A stretch of DNA of 64,000 nt from the human T2T-CHM13v2.0 reference genome, Homo sapiens: NCBI RefSeq assembly GCF_009914755.1, contig NC_060929.1. One strand, 5' to 3'. Below the pieces are notes generated by a model. It made no database searches. It was given only the letters and a program-made list of their open reading frames with translations, and was not told the DNA's origin. Both the position numbers and the translations under genes were made by a program. This document shows positions 26,330-39,147 of the stretch, one piece after another; position 1 is the first letter of the stretch; the number at the start of each line of letters is the position of its first letter.

Positions 26330-28230
26330 AAAACTTTTTATCCATAAAAAAGAAAGTGTGAAATCTAAATGTAAGTTATTTTAGAATTACTTACAACAAA
26401 ATAAATATCCTGATCCAGTGACACGAAATCAAAAATAAAACGTTACTGACACGATCTTCACCTTTCTGATCCCCATCGTTTTGTCTCCTTCCCTAATGTA
26501 GTTATTCTTCTTAGTTTTTACCCTCTCTTTGTGTTTTTCAATTTTATCACATATTTTGTTAGCCCTAAGCAATATATTATTGTTGTTGTATTGACCTTGT
26601 TAAAAACTGTTGAGATAAATCTATTTGCTATTTCTTAGGCAGCCAAATGTTCACCCATATTTAGCTATCCTCCTTGCAGTTAGTCAGGACCACTTGACTG
26701 TTTTTGATAAATGACTAAAAGGGCATGTATCTCTTCCAGACCAGAGCATAGAAGAGCAGATTCTGAATTATCTACGTGCATTTTCTCATTTTGTAGTAGT
26801 AATGGGGATGACATTTTGAGAGGTAAAGCCATACTTGGAGACAGCTGGGATTTCTGAGTCACTACATGTTGAGCAAACATTCTGAGATGTCACTTGACTC
26901 ACATAGACATCCACATAAGGAGAAATAAATCCTTGTTTTGTTGAATGATTATTATTTCAGGCCACATTTATGTCACAGTCTTTCCACGCTTGTGCAAGTA
27001 TTATACTAAATACATTTTTCTGAGATTTATTTTTTTCTGCACATTAGTTTCTAGGGTCCACCTACATTGTTATTGCAGCTAACATCTATTCCCTTTCCCT
27101 GTTCGATATTATCTTGTTATTATTTTGAATAACACTGCTGTAAACAGCCTTATAATGCCTGCTGGTGCCCATGTACATCTGGGAATGGTATTGTTGGGTT
27201 ATAGGGTATGGAAATGGTCAATACTATTACATTGTGTCTCAGTGTTTTCTTAAAGGGTTATAACAATTCATTTTCATACCAGTTATGCTTAAGTGTCCCC
27301 TTTTGCTTCAGATTCTTACCAATAATAAGATTGTAGATGTTTTGATGAAGTACATGTAAAAATACTATCTCCCATGATTTTAGTTTTCATTTTCTTCGTT
27401 ACTAATGAAGCTGAGTATGTTTTCAGATGTTCAATTATGATGCTTATATGAAACACTCATTTATGTAATTTGATCATTTTTCTATTGGATTATTTTTTCT
27501 TATTGATTTTAATACTCTTTATATATTCTGAATGCCAATCCTTCCTTGACTAAGTGTTTAACCAGTGTCTTGTCCTAATTTATAGCGTGTGTTTTCATTT
27601 TATTTACTGTATTGTTTGATTTCAAAAAAATCTTGCAGTAGCTGACTGTATCAATATTTTCCTGTGTATTTGTGCTTTTTATGTTGATTTAAATAAAATG
27701 CTTCCTTATTCAAGGATATAAAAATATCTTTGTATACTTTCACATGTCTTAATGTCTTGCTTTTCATATTACATCTTTAATTTCTGTGGTGTTAATTGTT
27801 GTCTATGATGTCAATGATACTTTGCCTATTTAGATAATTTATTTTCTCATTTTTATTTTTTATTACTGCAGAATCTACCATGCTGCATTTACTCTAAATG
27901 CAGCATCTATCTCATATCAACATTTTCATAAACACAGACCTCCATTTGGTCTGTTTATTTTTCTTTGTGTTATTACTCAGCCTCCTTAATTACTATAGAT
28001 TTATCCTGGACATGTAGCAGGACAAATTTATCTAGTGTTATTACTGAAACATTTTTGAGCAAGTCTTTGCTCTTGCTCTTCCTCTTTATATAACTTTTAG
28101 AATCAGATTGGCATTACATTGAATCATTATTCAATTCATGAAGATGTTCCATTTTGTTCTAGGTACTCTTTTCTGTTGATATTATAAATGATATTCTAAA
28201 TTATGTTTTCTAATTATTTTATGCACTATA
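26330..28230 (-). mobile_element. L1ME-type 3' remnant (contains an MLT1 insertion)
   Basis: ttgaataacactgctgtaaacag...gggaatggtattgttgggttatagggtatg...actaatgaagctgagtatgttttc. Confidence 0.7.
26625..26990 (+). mobile_element. Old MLT1 (I/J/K-type) LTR
   Basis: tcctccttgcagttagtcaggaccacttgact...ctgggatttctgagtcactacat...gagaaataaatccttgttttgtt. Confidence 0.65.
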
Positions 28231-28241
28231 TACATATGTGA

Positions 28242-28560
<319 letters not shown>

Positions 28561-28704
28561 ACATATGTGATTTATTTTCAATATTTACTTATACTAGCAA
28601 CCTTGATACACATACATTAAATTTTTCTATTTTAGTAATACAGCTGATTTCTAAAATTACCAATGACAGAGTTGTTATTTCTTAAATTTAAATAAAGATA
28701 ATTG

Positions 28705-28830
28705 AATATTCAGATACGAAATTTGAATTCAAAAAGGTTAAATAATGCAGTCATCATCACATGCCTATTAGTGTTTTAGCTGGGGCCAGATCTGAATCTT
28801 CAGATACCCAGGTAAGTGCCCCTTCAACTG
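28705..28830 (-). mobile_element. MIR fragment
   Basis: cagatacgaaatttgaattcaaaaaggttaaataatg...tcacatgcctattagtg. Confidence 0.5.
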
Positions 28831-29389
28831 CAAGAGGCCTAGGTGGAAAGTATCAGCTCATCACAAATTCCCAATATTCTTGTATTTTTCAGATGGTACA
28901 GTGCTCTTTATATTCCCTAGTGTTCACATTTCAACTAAAAGAGAAATAAGCCAACTTAAAACAGAAACTTGACATTAGCAAAGAGGGAAGCTAGACTGAG
29001 AAATGGTTGATCTAGAGGGAAAAAAGAGAATATGTTCATAATCGGTCAGTATTAGGTAATGTGATAGAGATTATTATTTTTAATGCTTTACTTTTGAAAT
29101 CAATTAGATTAACAGAAGAGTTACAAAGACTGTGGAGGATTTCTGTACATCCCTCACCCTGCTTCTCCTAATTTTAACATGTTAACTATTGCACACCTGT
29201 GCAAGTTAATTAATTTTGGCACTATAGGATTAACTCAACTACAGACATTATTCATATTTCACCAGTTTTACAGCTTTTTCTGTTCCAGCATTACATAGTC
29301 CGGTATACCAGGTTGCATTTACTTGTCATGCCTCCTTAGTTGTCTCAGATCTGTAATATTTCTCAGCCTTTTCTTATTTTTCAGGATCT

Positions 29390-30074
29390 TGAAGGAAACT
29401 AATTATTCCCCTCCTCTCCTCCCCCAGATGCTGAAGACTGTTAGGTTGAAGACACTGAACACGCAGGGAAGCAATCTGCCGCAGCTTCTATTTGCCTATT
29501 AACCAGCTCAGTGGAGAGTCAGGGTGACAGCCTTTTACACCCTTCCCTGTTGGTACCCTGGTTCTTACCCGGTGTCCAGGAAGAATCAGGTCACATGGAC
29601 CTGAAGGATGGTGAATGCAGAGGCTTTACTGAGTGATGGAGGTGGCTCTCAGCAGGATGGGGAACTGGAAAAGGGATGGTTAACCCTTTAACCAACATTA
29701 ACCCTTTCTGACTGGAGCAGCACTTCCACATTAGCCCAGATAAGGCATCAGCAGGCACCAGAGGAATCTGGGAAAAAAATCCCTATCTTCCCACATTTTC
29801 CCATCTTATAAAAGATGGGAAGTGCTCTCTCCTTTGTCTTCTCACTATATATGATCTATGGTTCTTTGTTTAAACACTATTTAAGCAAGGCCCCTAGAGC
29901 ACTTCCTTCAGAGAGAAATAGTTTTAAACTAAGTCTTCCCCACACGATGGGTACCGCACACACTAATAAACATCTGCTTGTTTTTCTTTTGTTAATTTGA
30001 CTTTTGTGTTCTGGAGATTGTCTCAACTAAAAACCTAAAAGGGAAAGTAATGAAATTGTCTTTTCTACACTACA
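29390..30074 (+). mobile_element. MER34-family ERV1 solo LTR carrying a foreign 182-bp segment
   Basis: tgaagg...taataaacatctgcttgtttttcttttgttaatttgacttttg...ctacactaca; 4-bp TSD ATCT both sides. Confidence 0.82.
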
Positions 30075-30168
30075 ATCTTGAAACTTTTGAAGTTATGGTC
30101 AGGTAATTTTTACAATGTCTTTCTGTTTGGGTTTACCTGATGTTTTCTCACGACTAAATTGATGTTAG

Positions 30169-30922
30169 TGAGATGGGATAGTTCCCTGGACCACTTTGAC
30201 GGACTTACAACAGGGATGTGGCTTGCTTACTTGGCTGCCACCATTCAAACCCCTTGTGGGAGGGAAAGCACACAGATGAGCGGGTGCCGGGGCTGGGGCA
30301 AGCGCTTTTGGGCTCCAGCCCCATGGTAACATCTGGGGGTGTGTTAAAATTAATGCTCTTTTAGTAGTTGCCATCAGCGGATGGCTAAGTGTTAGCCAGC
30401 TCAGTGGAGAGTCAGGGTGACAGCCTTTTACACCCTTTCCTGTTGGTACCTTGGTCCTTGTACAGTGTCCAAGAAGAATCAGGTCACATGGACTTGAAGG
30501 ATGGTGAATGCGGAGGTTTTATTGAGTGATAAAGGTGGCTTCTCAGCAGGATTTGGAGCTGGAAACGGATGGTGTGGGAAGAAGGTGATGTTTCTCTGAA
30601 GCCCCGCTGCCTCTGGCTGGGCTCCTCTCCAAAGTCATGCTGTCTGACGTTAAGCCACGTCTATCCCTAGTCTCTGATGCTCACTTGCTTTTTCTCTTCT
30701 AGATGTTCAGCTGCTTGTCTCTCTGCCAGCTGAGGTCTGGGGTTTATATAGGCACAAGACGTCGGGGGTGGGGGGCGTGTTGTGAGCCAAAAAGCAACTT
30801 TTGGGTGGGAAAACAGGGATGTGAAGTTCTTATTTAGGGCCACCGGCCCAGCCTTGAAGATGGAGCCCTTGCCAGGCACCCGCCCTTTTCTACCCAGTAT
30901 TCCCTGCCTCTTGTCTGTATCA
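30169..30922 (-). mobile_element. LTR1/LTR28/MER52-group ERV1 solo LTR
   Basis: Reverse complement begins tgatacagacaagaggcagggaatactgggtagaaaagggcgg; antisense TATA (ggtttatata) and polyA (ttttattg); TSD TTAG (30165-30168 and 30923-30926). Confidence 0.9.
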
Positions 30923-32451
30923 TTAGGAATGTTGAGACAATGTCAGAAAAGTGAAGTGCCCTACTCATAGCAGCCTATCAGGCGGAAGATTAAATTCACA
31001 TACTTATCACTGGTGATATTAAGCTTGAGCACTTGGTTGTAGTAGTGTCTGCTAGATTTTTCTAATGCAAAATTATCTTTTTACCTTTTGCCCGTTCTGT
31101 TTTTAGAAGGGAGTTAGTCCAACTCACACCCAAGGGGAGGGCAATTAAGCCCACCTCCTGGAGGGAAGACCAGCAAAGAATTTGTGAACACATGTTAAAA
31201 TCAGCAAAGTAATTAAGATATATTTTGGGAAGTTATTTTGACAGACTTTTTCCTTTGCAGTATACACCACAAAATATATTTGTCTACTGAACCACTTGTA
31301 ACCCCCCCTTTTTAAGAGACAATTAGTGATTGTAAGAATTGAGAATGCTTTTGTTACTTCAAGTTTACAATGTTAGTACATAGACAAAAATAACAACGGT
31401 AACTAAAACAACCACAAATTTGAGGGCTCAGATTAGGACAAAAATTAAGAATGTGTGAAAAAATATTAAGTTCTATGTTTATGTAAGTACTTTCTAAATA
31501 TGTTTTAAAAGAAAATACCAATATGAAAATGACAAATCTCCATGACTGTAAGGGCTGTAGATTTACTTATAGCATCTAACATAGGAGCTGATCCATGACA
31601 AATTTCAAAGCTGTTGAACGAAGAGAATGCGAAGAAAAAAATCTTCCACACAGAAATAATAAACTCAGCACATTAAGAATTTATTACCTTGAAGATTAAG
31701 TGAAGAAAACAGATAATCCAGCAAAATAAAACTCACGAAGGAACTCTAAGGCAAGATTATTGATATTAAAAAAATAGTTTATTTTTTCCACATAGAAGAA
31801 ACTATGTGCTGCTTCTTGTCTGAATCAGGTTTTGCCAATAAAGGATAATAGCCATGAATAATTGATGCATATGTCAGTGTGTGGAGGAGAGTGGTAGGAG
31901 AACTGATTAAGAATCATTGAATGTGATTGGGAGCACGTATGCTGTGTCACCAAATGTGGTAAGAAAATAGTAGTCAATAAAAGAGGTGCAGCCCAGTACG
32001 GGATTTCACAGTTTCAATTTCCATATAGTTCAATATATTGTGTGTATAGTTTATATTACATGTAATATATATTTTAAATAAAAATAATATAAATGTGATT
32101 GCCTTTGAGAGCATAATCCTGAGTTTTTATAAGTCAGTAATGCTTTAACTATAATTAGCTTAGACGAATTATCCTTACGGATTTCTGTCTGTTCTTCTTG
32201 CTGTGGTCATCTACCATATAGTTATGGTAAAAAAAAAAAAAATGATCCTTTGTTAGAGTTTGAAGTAGTTAAATTTTAAAACTGCAAATTATGTGACTTT
32301 AAGCCAACTACATACTCTCTAAACTCAAACAGTTAAAAAAAAATTTCTACTCTATTATCTAAAATGTAAAACAGTGGAATCTATCGTGTGATTGATTCTC
32401 AAAGCAGAGAGGAATGGGTCAGCGACTGAACTCCTAAACCTTGTCCACTGC

Positions 32452-32921
32452 TGAGAATCTGTGTCACAGTGGTGCGTGTACAAAGGCCTAAAGAGACACT
32501 GGTTGTACAAGTGGACAATGACCAATCTACACATGCCAACAGAGCCCTGACCCACAACCACTGTAGCAACCAGTCCAGAACCAAACCACAAACTCGGAAG
32601 CAGTGGCTCAGAAAGGTCAGGACTTGATCAAAAACTTTCTCCTCTTTCTCTCTGACTTGCAATTAGGACCAACCAGAGAAAGTCAAGCCCCAAGCCCTGC
32701 AACTCCCCACCACAGGCAGGAGCCCCACCGCCACTTGAGTAGTCACAAAATGATGTTCTCCTTTGAGTCTGCCCTCCTTCAACCTCCCCATGACACCCTT
32801 CTTTCAGAGCATGACTGAAGCCTTCCCTTTCTTTCACCCTAAAGCCTTCACACTCACCTGCCTGCCTCTGAATCTCTGAAAACAGCTTCTTCCAGCTCTC
32901 ATTTGGGTGGACTTTATTTCA
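32452..32921 (+). mobile_element. MER110-like ERV1 LTR
   Basis: cacaaccactgtagcaaccagtccag...ggtcaggacttgatcaa...ttaggaccaaccagagaaag. Confidence 0.72.
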
Positions 32922-33829
32922 GTAGGGAGTGATAAAAAAAGACAAAATCTAGAGATTAAAGGAAACATAATAAAATGTGGCAGTGATCACATTAAATTTA
33001 GATTTTAATTAGGAAGTTGTGTTCTATAGTGAGTTCATAAGAAGAAAACATAACAAAAATGTAAATGTGATAAATTATAACACACTGCTTTATCCCACAC
33101 TCCCAATGTGGAGAGTGAGGATGTTAGTAGTAGTAATAGTAAAGTGTCCAATATCAAATGCCTGCATGCTTGAGATCATTTTACTTGGGAAACTTTGTAA
33201 TATTACCTGGGTCCTCATCTCCATAAAATAGCAATGACCATTTGAGAAACACAGTAAAAGTTAATGTTCCATATTGTTCTCCCTATGCTAAAGTCCTCCC
33301 CTGGAGGCTAAAATAAATTTGCTAAACCACATGTTGTTTACCTAATTTTTGTGCCAAAGCATTTAATGAGACTCCTGTGGGTAATGATGCTTTGCCAAAA
33401 TGTTGGTTCTTCAGTTCAATATCACCTTTCTTCTTGGCAATACATTTATTGTTAATATATGCTTTTAAAAATTCAGGATATAATTCGGCATACATACCAG
33501 AAAACACTCATATGGTTTTGTGGAATTTCATTGCTTTGCATGGATTTTCAGTAAAAATCTATTTAAGGAACACTATACTGAGTGGGGAGGAAAACCCAAT
33601 AAACCATAGTAAACCTTGACCCATGTATTCATGTGAATGAAATAAATAATATGATACCTTTGTCTACATTCCATTTACTTAAATGTAAAAAGTAAAGGTC
33701 GTAAAATAATTTAATTGCCTATATAATTAGAATCTAGATAATGTGTAGATTTGAATGATCAAATATCACTTTTAATAAGAAAAGAGTTTAATAAAGTTTA
33801 AATCTCCTTTTTAATAATATGTTTCTCAA

Positions 33830-34165
33830 TATCACAGTAGCAATCCAGACACCCTGAAAGTTTTGAAAACCAAAAGATTTTTTGTCGTTGTTGCTGTTGT
33901 TGCCATTGAAAGTTTTGTACAACTAACTTGGCAGTTAAAAGCAGCCCTGCATCTGCATGAGTCTTCTTATGGCAATTATTTAGCTCACATAGTATGACTA
34001 TTCGTAATCATCTGCAATATGAGAACATTTTATTATAGAACGCTGCTCTGGTTTTAATGAACTTGAGATGTATATGCCACTTATTAATATGTTAAAATCC
34101 AAAAACAATCTGCATTACGAAACATTCGTGGCCCCCATGGTTTAGAGAAAGAGTTGTCCAGAAAT
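33830..34165. mobile_element. Old TcMar-Tigger-like DNA transposon remnant
   Basis: aaaatccaaaaacaatctgcattacgaaacattcgtggccccc...gagaaagagttgtcca resembles a Tigger-type terminus. Confidence 0.4.
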
Positions 34166-34167
34166 TA

Positions 34168-34469
<302 letters not shown>

Positions 34470-34594
34470 TTACCATTTCACGAAGAGGCATCAATAGGAA
34501 AGGAGAGGTACCTAAGTGTGACATTGTTGACTGTGTCAGACTGTCTGGTAAACTCTTAATAACTCTCAAATCCTCTTCATGTAGAAGGCAGATA

Positions 34595-34898
34595 TAGTGA
34601 AAATGACTTTAGAAAATATATCTGTCTATATTCACAGAGATATTAGAAGAAAAATAATGAAGATTATCATGAGATTAGAAACAGGCTCATGCCGTTTTAT
34701 CATTTAAAAGAGACAAAAAACAACATTTCAAAAGAAACTCCTCAAATGTTGTTTGCTTTTTTTACATTGTTTGTTGCTTTTTTTTTAATGCAGATATAAT
34801 TGCATAAGCCCTTGTTTTTAATCTCATGGCAATCTTCTCTTTCTTTTAATATCCTTGTGAACTATATAGAGATACCCTTTCCAAAATCATTTTTACTA
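34595..34898. repeat. Long imperfect inverted repeat (palindrome)
   Basis: Left arm tagtgaaaatgactttagaaaatatatctgtctatattcacagagatattagaag...gattatcatgagattagaaacaggctcatgc matches the reverse complement of the right arm; innermost aacaacattt / aaatgttgtt pair around a 15-nt loop. Confidence 0.88.
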
Positions 34899-34911
34899 CA
34901 GTTAGCTTCCT

Positions 34912-35125
34912 GGTATGAAGTTTCAGTTATGCAATATTAGTATTATACATACTAGAGATCTATACTACTAGACTATACTAGACTACACATACTAGACTAT
35001 AAGCACTAGTGTATAACACTGTGCTTATAGCTAATACTGTACTATACACTTAAAATTTGTTAAGAGGGTAAATCCTGTGTTATCAATGATCTCAATTAAA
35101 AAATAACATACAAAACAACAAAATG
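34912..35125 (+). mobile_element. L1MB/L1MA 3' end fragment
   Basis: gtatgaagtttcagttatgcaa...ctagagatctatac...tatacacttaaaatttgttaagagggtaaatc. Confidence 0.8.
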
Positions 35126-35177
35126 ACAACATTTGTACACTAAGGTTACTCTTTAACATACAAAGAGAGTCACTTAA

Positions 35178-35520
35178 TGATAAGGTTTGGCTATTTCCCC
35201 ACCCGAATCTCATTTTGAATTCCCAGGTATTGTGGGAGAGACCCAGTGGGAGGTCATTTAATCATGGAGGCAGGTCTTTCCCATGCTTTTTTTGTGACAG
35301 TGAATAAGTCTCATGAGATCTAATGGTTTTAAAAAGGGGAGTTTCCATACACAAACTCTCTTCTCTTGTCTGCCACCCTGTGAGACGTGCCTTTCACCTT
35401 CACCATGATTTTGAAGCTTCCCCAACCATGTGGAACTGTAATACCATTAAATCTCCTTCTATTGTAAATTGCCCAGTCTCAGGTATGTCTTTATCAGCAG
35501 TGTGAAAATGGAATAATACA
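35178..35520 (+). mobile_element. THE1 (THE1A/B-type) solo LTR
   Basis: tgataaggtttggct...ggaataataca; perfect 5-bp TSD CTTAA. Confidence 0.94.
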
Positions 35521-35537
35521 CTTAACAAGGCAATAAA

Positions 35538-37950
35538 TTGTTTTTCAATATGAGGTGTAGTTGGCAACTTAAAATTGTATATAATTAAGGTGTAAAACTT
35601 GATGATTTGAAATACATGTACATTATGAAATATTCACTACAGTCAAACTAATTAACATATCCAACACCACATATACTTACTTTTTTTGTTCTTTTGTGTG
35701 TACGCATGCATAAGTGAATGTGAGTGTGACTGTGTGTGTGTGTAAAGTAAAGATCTACCCTCTTGGCAAGTTTTAAGTGTACAATACCATGTTGTTAACT
35801 ATAGTCACATTGCTGTACATTAGATCTTCAGAATTTATCTTACATAACTGAAACTTTGTACCCATTGATAAACATCTCCCCATATTTTCATCCACTCATC
35901 CCCTGGTAGCCACTATTTGTATTCTGTTTCTGTGAGTTCAACTACATTAGAATCTATATATAAGTGAAACCACACAGTATTTGTCTTTTATGTCTAGTTT
36001 ATCTTACTTAACATAATGTCACCCAAGATAATCCATGTTGTTGCAAATGGCAAAACTTCTCTTTTATTAAAGCTGAATGATACTCCATTGTGTGTGCATA
36101 TCCTTTTTTTAATTCATTAATTTGTTGGTGAACATTTATATTGTTTCCATATCTTGGTTATTGTGAATAATGCTGCAGTAAATATAAGAGTACAGATATC
36201 TCTTGGAGCTCTTTAGTTTATTACTCTTCAATATACAATGAGAAGTGGGATTGCTGGATCTTAACATAGTTCTATTTTTAATTTTTTGTGGAACTTCCAT
36301 GATGTTTTTCACAATGGTTATACCAATTTACATTCCCACCAAGAGTGTGCAAACTCCACTTCCCTTTTCTCTACATCCCCTCCAAAACTTGTTTTCTTTT
36401 CTCTTTTTGATAATAGCTATTCTAACAGGCGTGAAGTGATATTTCATTATGGTTTTGGTTTGCATTTCCCTGATGATGAGTGAGACTAAGCAACTTTTCA
36501 TATACCTGTTGACCATTTATATGTCTTCTTTTGAGGAATGTATACTCAAGCCCTTTGTCAATTTTTTCATTGAGTTTAATTTCAATTAAGGCTTTTTGCT
36601 TGTAAGTCATATGAGTTCTTTATGCGTGTTTATAATCAACCCATTATCTATACAGTAATGCACCACATAAAGATGTTTCAGTAAATGATTAACTACACAT
36701 CTGATGGAAGTACCACAAGATTATAATATTGTGTATTTACTATACCTTTTCTGTTTAGGTATGTTTACATACACACATACTTACCAGTGAGTTACAATTG
36801 CCTGCAGTGTTTAGTAGAGTAAAATGCTGTATAGGTTTGTAGCATAGGAGCAATAGGTTATACCATACAGCCAAAGTGTGTAGTAGGTTGTACCATTTAG
36901 TTCTGTTTAAGTACAATCTGTGATGTCTCATAATGATGAAATCACCCAGCAATACATTTCATAGAATGTGTTTTCATCATTAACCAATGCATGATTGTGT
37001 ATGTTTTACAAATATTTTCTCCCATTCAATAGTTTGCCTTGTTACTTTGTTAATTATTTCTTTTGCTATGAAGAAGCTTTTTTAGTTTGAAGCAATCCCA
37101 TTTGTCTATCTTTGTTTTTGCTTCCTATGTCTTTGGTGTCAAATCCAAAATATTGTACAGACAAATTTCAAAAAAACATTTTTTATGTTGTATTCTAGTA
37201 GTTTTACAGTTTCAGGTCTTACATTTAAGTCTTTAATCCAGTTAGGGTTGATTTTTGTAGATGGTGAGATAAAAATCCAACCAACTTCATTCTTCTTCAT
37301 TTGAATATTCAGTTCTCCAAATACCATTTTCCTATTGCCCAACTCATTGAAGATACTATCATTTTTCTTTCACATATTCTTTGTATGCTTGTTAAAGATC
37401 AGATGACTATAGATGTGCAGATATATTTCTGGGCTCTCTATTCTGTTCCATTGTTCTATGTGTCTGTTTTAATGTCAATCCCATATGTTATGATTACAGT
37501 AGCTTTGTAATATGTCTTAAAATCACAAAGTGTGATGCCTCCAGTATTATTATTCTTGTTCAAGATTGATTTGGATATTCAGGGTTTTGTATGATTCCAT
37601 ATGAATTTTAAAATAATTTTTTCAATTTCTATATAAAAAAATGCCATTGGGTTTTTGATAGGGATTGTGTTAAATCTTTAGATCATTTTGTGTAGTATGG
37701 ACTTTTAACAACACTAACTTGCTTTGGAATTGGAAATTGTGTCTTTAAAAAAATCAGTTATTCTAATTCATGAACACTAATCTAATCCATTCATCTGTGT
37801 ATTTTGTAATTTCCTTCATTAACATTGTATAATTTTCTGTATATAAGTTTTTTAACTATTTGGTTAAATTCATTCCTAAATTTAATATGATTAAATGTTA
37901 CTATTTTTATTGTTATTGTTGATGGGATTGTTTGCTTAATTGTCTTTTCA
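35538..37950 (-). mobile_element. L1MA-type LINE (3' UTR and ORF2 3' part), with Tigger3a insertion
   Basis: Antisense L1; minus-strand peptide LIIREMQTKTIMKYHFTPVRIAIIKK is the L1 ORF2 C-terminal region. Confidence 0.92.
36653..36997 (+). mobile_element. Tigger3a/MER7-type DNA transposon
   Basis: ta|cagtaatgcaccacataaagatgtttcagt...ataggtttgtagcataggagcaatagg...cattaaccaatgcatgattg terminal inverted repeats. Confidence 0.9.
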
Positions 37951-37966
37951 ACAAGACATTAAATTC

Positions 37967-38238
37967 TTTTTTTTTTTTTTTTTTTTTTTTTGAGACGGAG
38001 TCTCGCTGTCGCCCAGGCTGGAGTGCAGTGGCGCAATCTCGGCTCACTGCACACTCCGCCCCCCGGGGTTCACGCCATTCTCCTGCCTCAGCCTCCCGAG
38101 TAGCTGGGACTACACGCGCCTGCCACCTCGCCCGGCTAATTTTTTATATTTTTAGTAGAGACGGGGTTTCACCGTGTTAGCCAGGATGGTCTTGATCTCC
38201 TGACCTTATGATCCGCCCACCTCGGCCTCCCAAAGTGC
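37967..38238 (-). mobile_element. 5'-truncated AluYe5-like SINE
   Basis: Diagnostics gtctcgctgtcgcc, ctccgccccccggggttcacgcc, ccacctcgcccgg; TSD acattaaattct. Confidence 0.92.
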
Positions 38239-38454
38239 ACATTAAATTCTTGATAAAATAGAAACCTAATAACTCAGAGTGACAAGTAGGATTTACCTCA
38301 TATTGAGTAATTAAGAGAGCTATCTGGAGTGATACCTGATGTTTCCAATGACATATTTAGGCTCAATGGGAAGGAAAATTAGCATCCATTAGATCAGGAG
38401 TGGGTAGTGACAGCACTTATATATATGATCACTGACATGATTTGTATGCTTACA

Positions 38455-38581
38455 TTCTTCTCCATTTCTTTTTTTCTTTTTGTGTTTTTCTTCCTTTCTT
38501 ACTTCTTTCCTTCTTCCCATCCTTTTTTCCTCCCTTTATTCTTTCCTTCTTTCTTTCTTTTTTTTTTTTTTTTTTGTTTTT
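38455..38581. repeat. CT/T-rich low-complexity tract
   Basis: Long pyrimidine tract with ttct, tcct and polyT runs. Confidence 0.85.
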
Positions 38582-39107
38582 ACAGTGTATACTTTCCTCC
38601 ATTTTCCATATCTGTTGGCTTTTCTCTTTGCTAAAGCTTCCATAACTCTCACTGGTCCACTTACAAAGTAGACATCAAAAGTATCACAAAGAGTTTTAAT
38701 GTGCTATTTATTTCTACAAGTATGGTAAACTATATTGTTGTCCACTTGCACAGTTCTAAAGCTACCCATGTTGATTTACTCTATTTCCACTACTGTGAAG
38801 TACATAATATTTCTCTATGTATGCTTTATTTCTTTATTATTTGAACTTATTTTATAAATTACCAGAATAGAATTATTTATCTACAAATTACTCAGAAAGT
38901 GGTAAATAGTTTTAAATAGTCTATTTGGCATAGTTGATATGCATACACAGAAGGCCAATTATCAATTTTATGTCTCTTTGATAGCTTATGTTCTCAATAC
39001 ACCTCATTATCTTTTGCTCTTAGTAAACTAAAAATTATAAAAAGTTAATATATGATTTTATTTATGTCAACAAAATTAATTTTTCCCTTTCTCTTTGTCC
39101 TAACATA

Positions 39108-39147
39108 GAAAAAAAGATGCAATTTGTGAAAAAAAGATGCAATTTGT
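39108..39147. repeat. 20-bp perfect tandem duplication
   Basis: gaaaaaaagatgcaatttgt x2. Confidence 0.95.

Larger units (their letters stand above)
29075..31250 (-). mobile_element. L1MC-type 3' end, split by two LTR insertions
   Basis: tttgaaatcaattagattaacagaagagttacaaag...gttgcatttacttgtcatgcctccttag; resumes at 30075 and 30923 (atcactggtgatattaagcttgagcacttgg). Confidence 0.78.
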
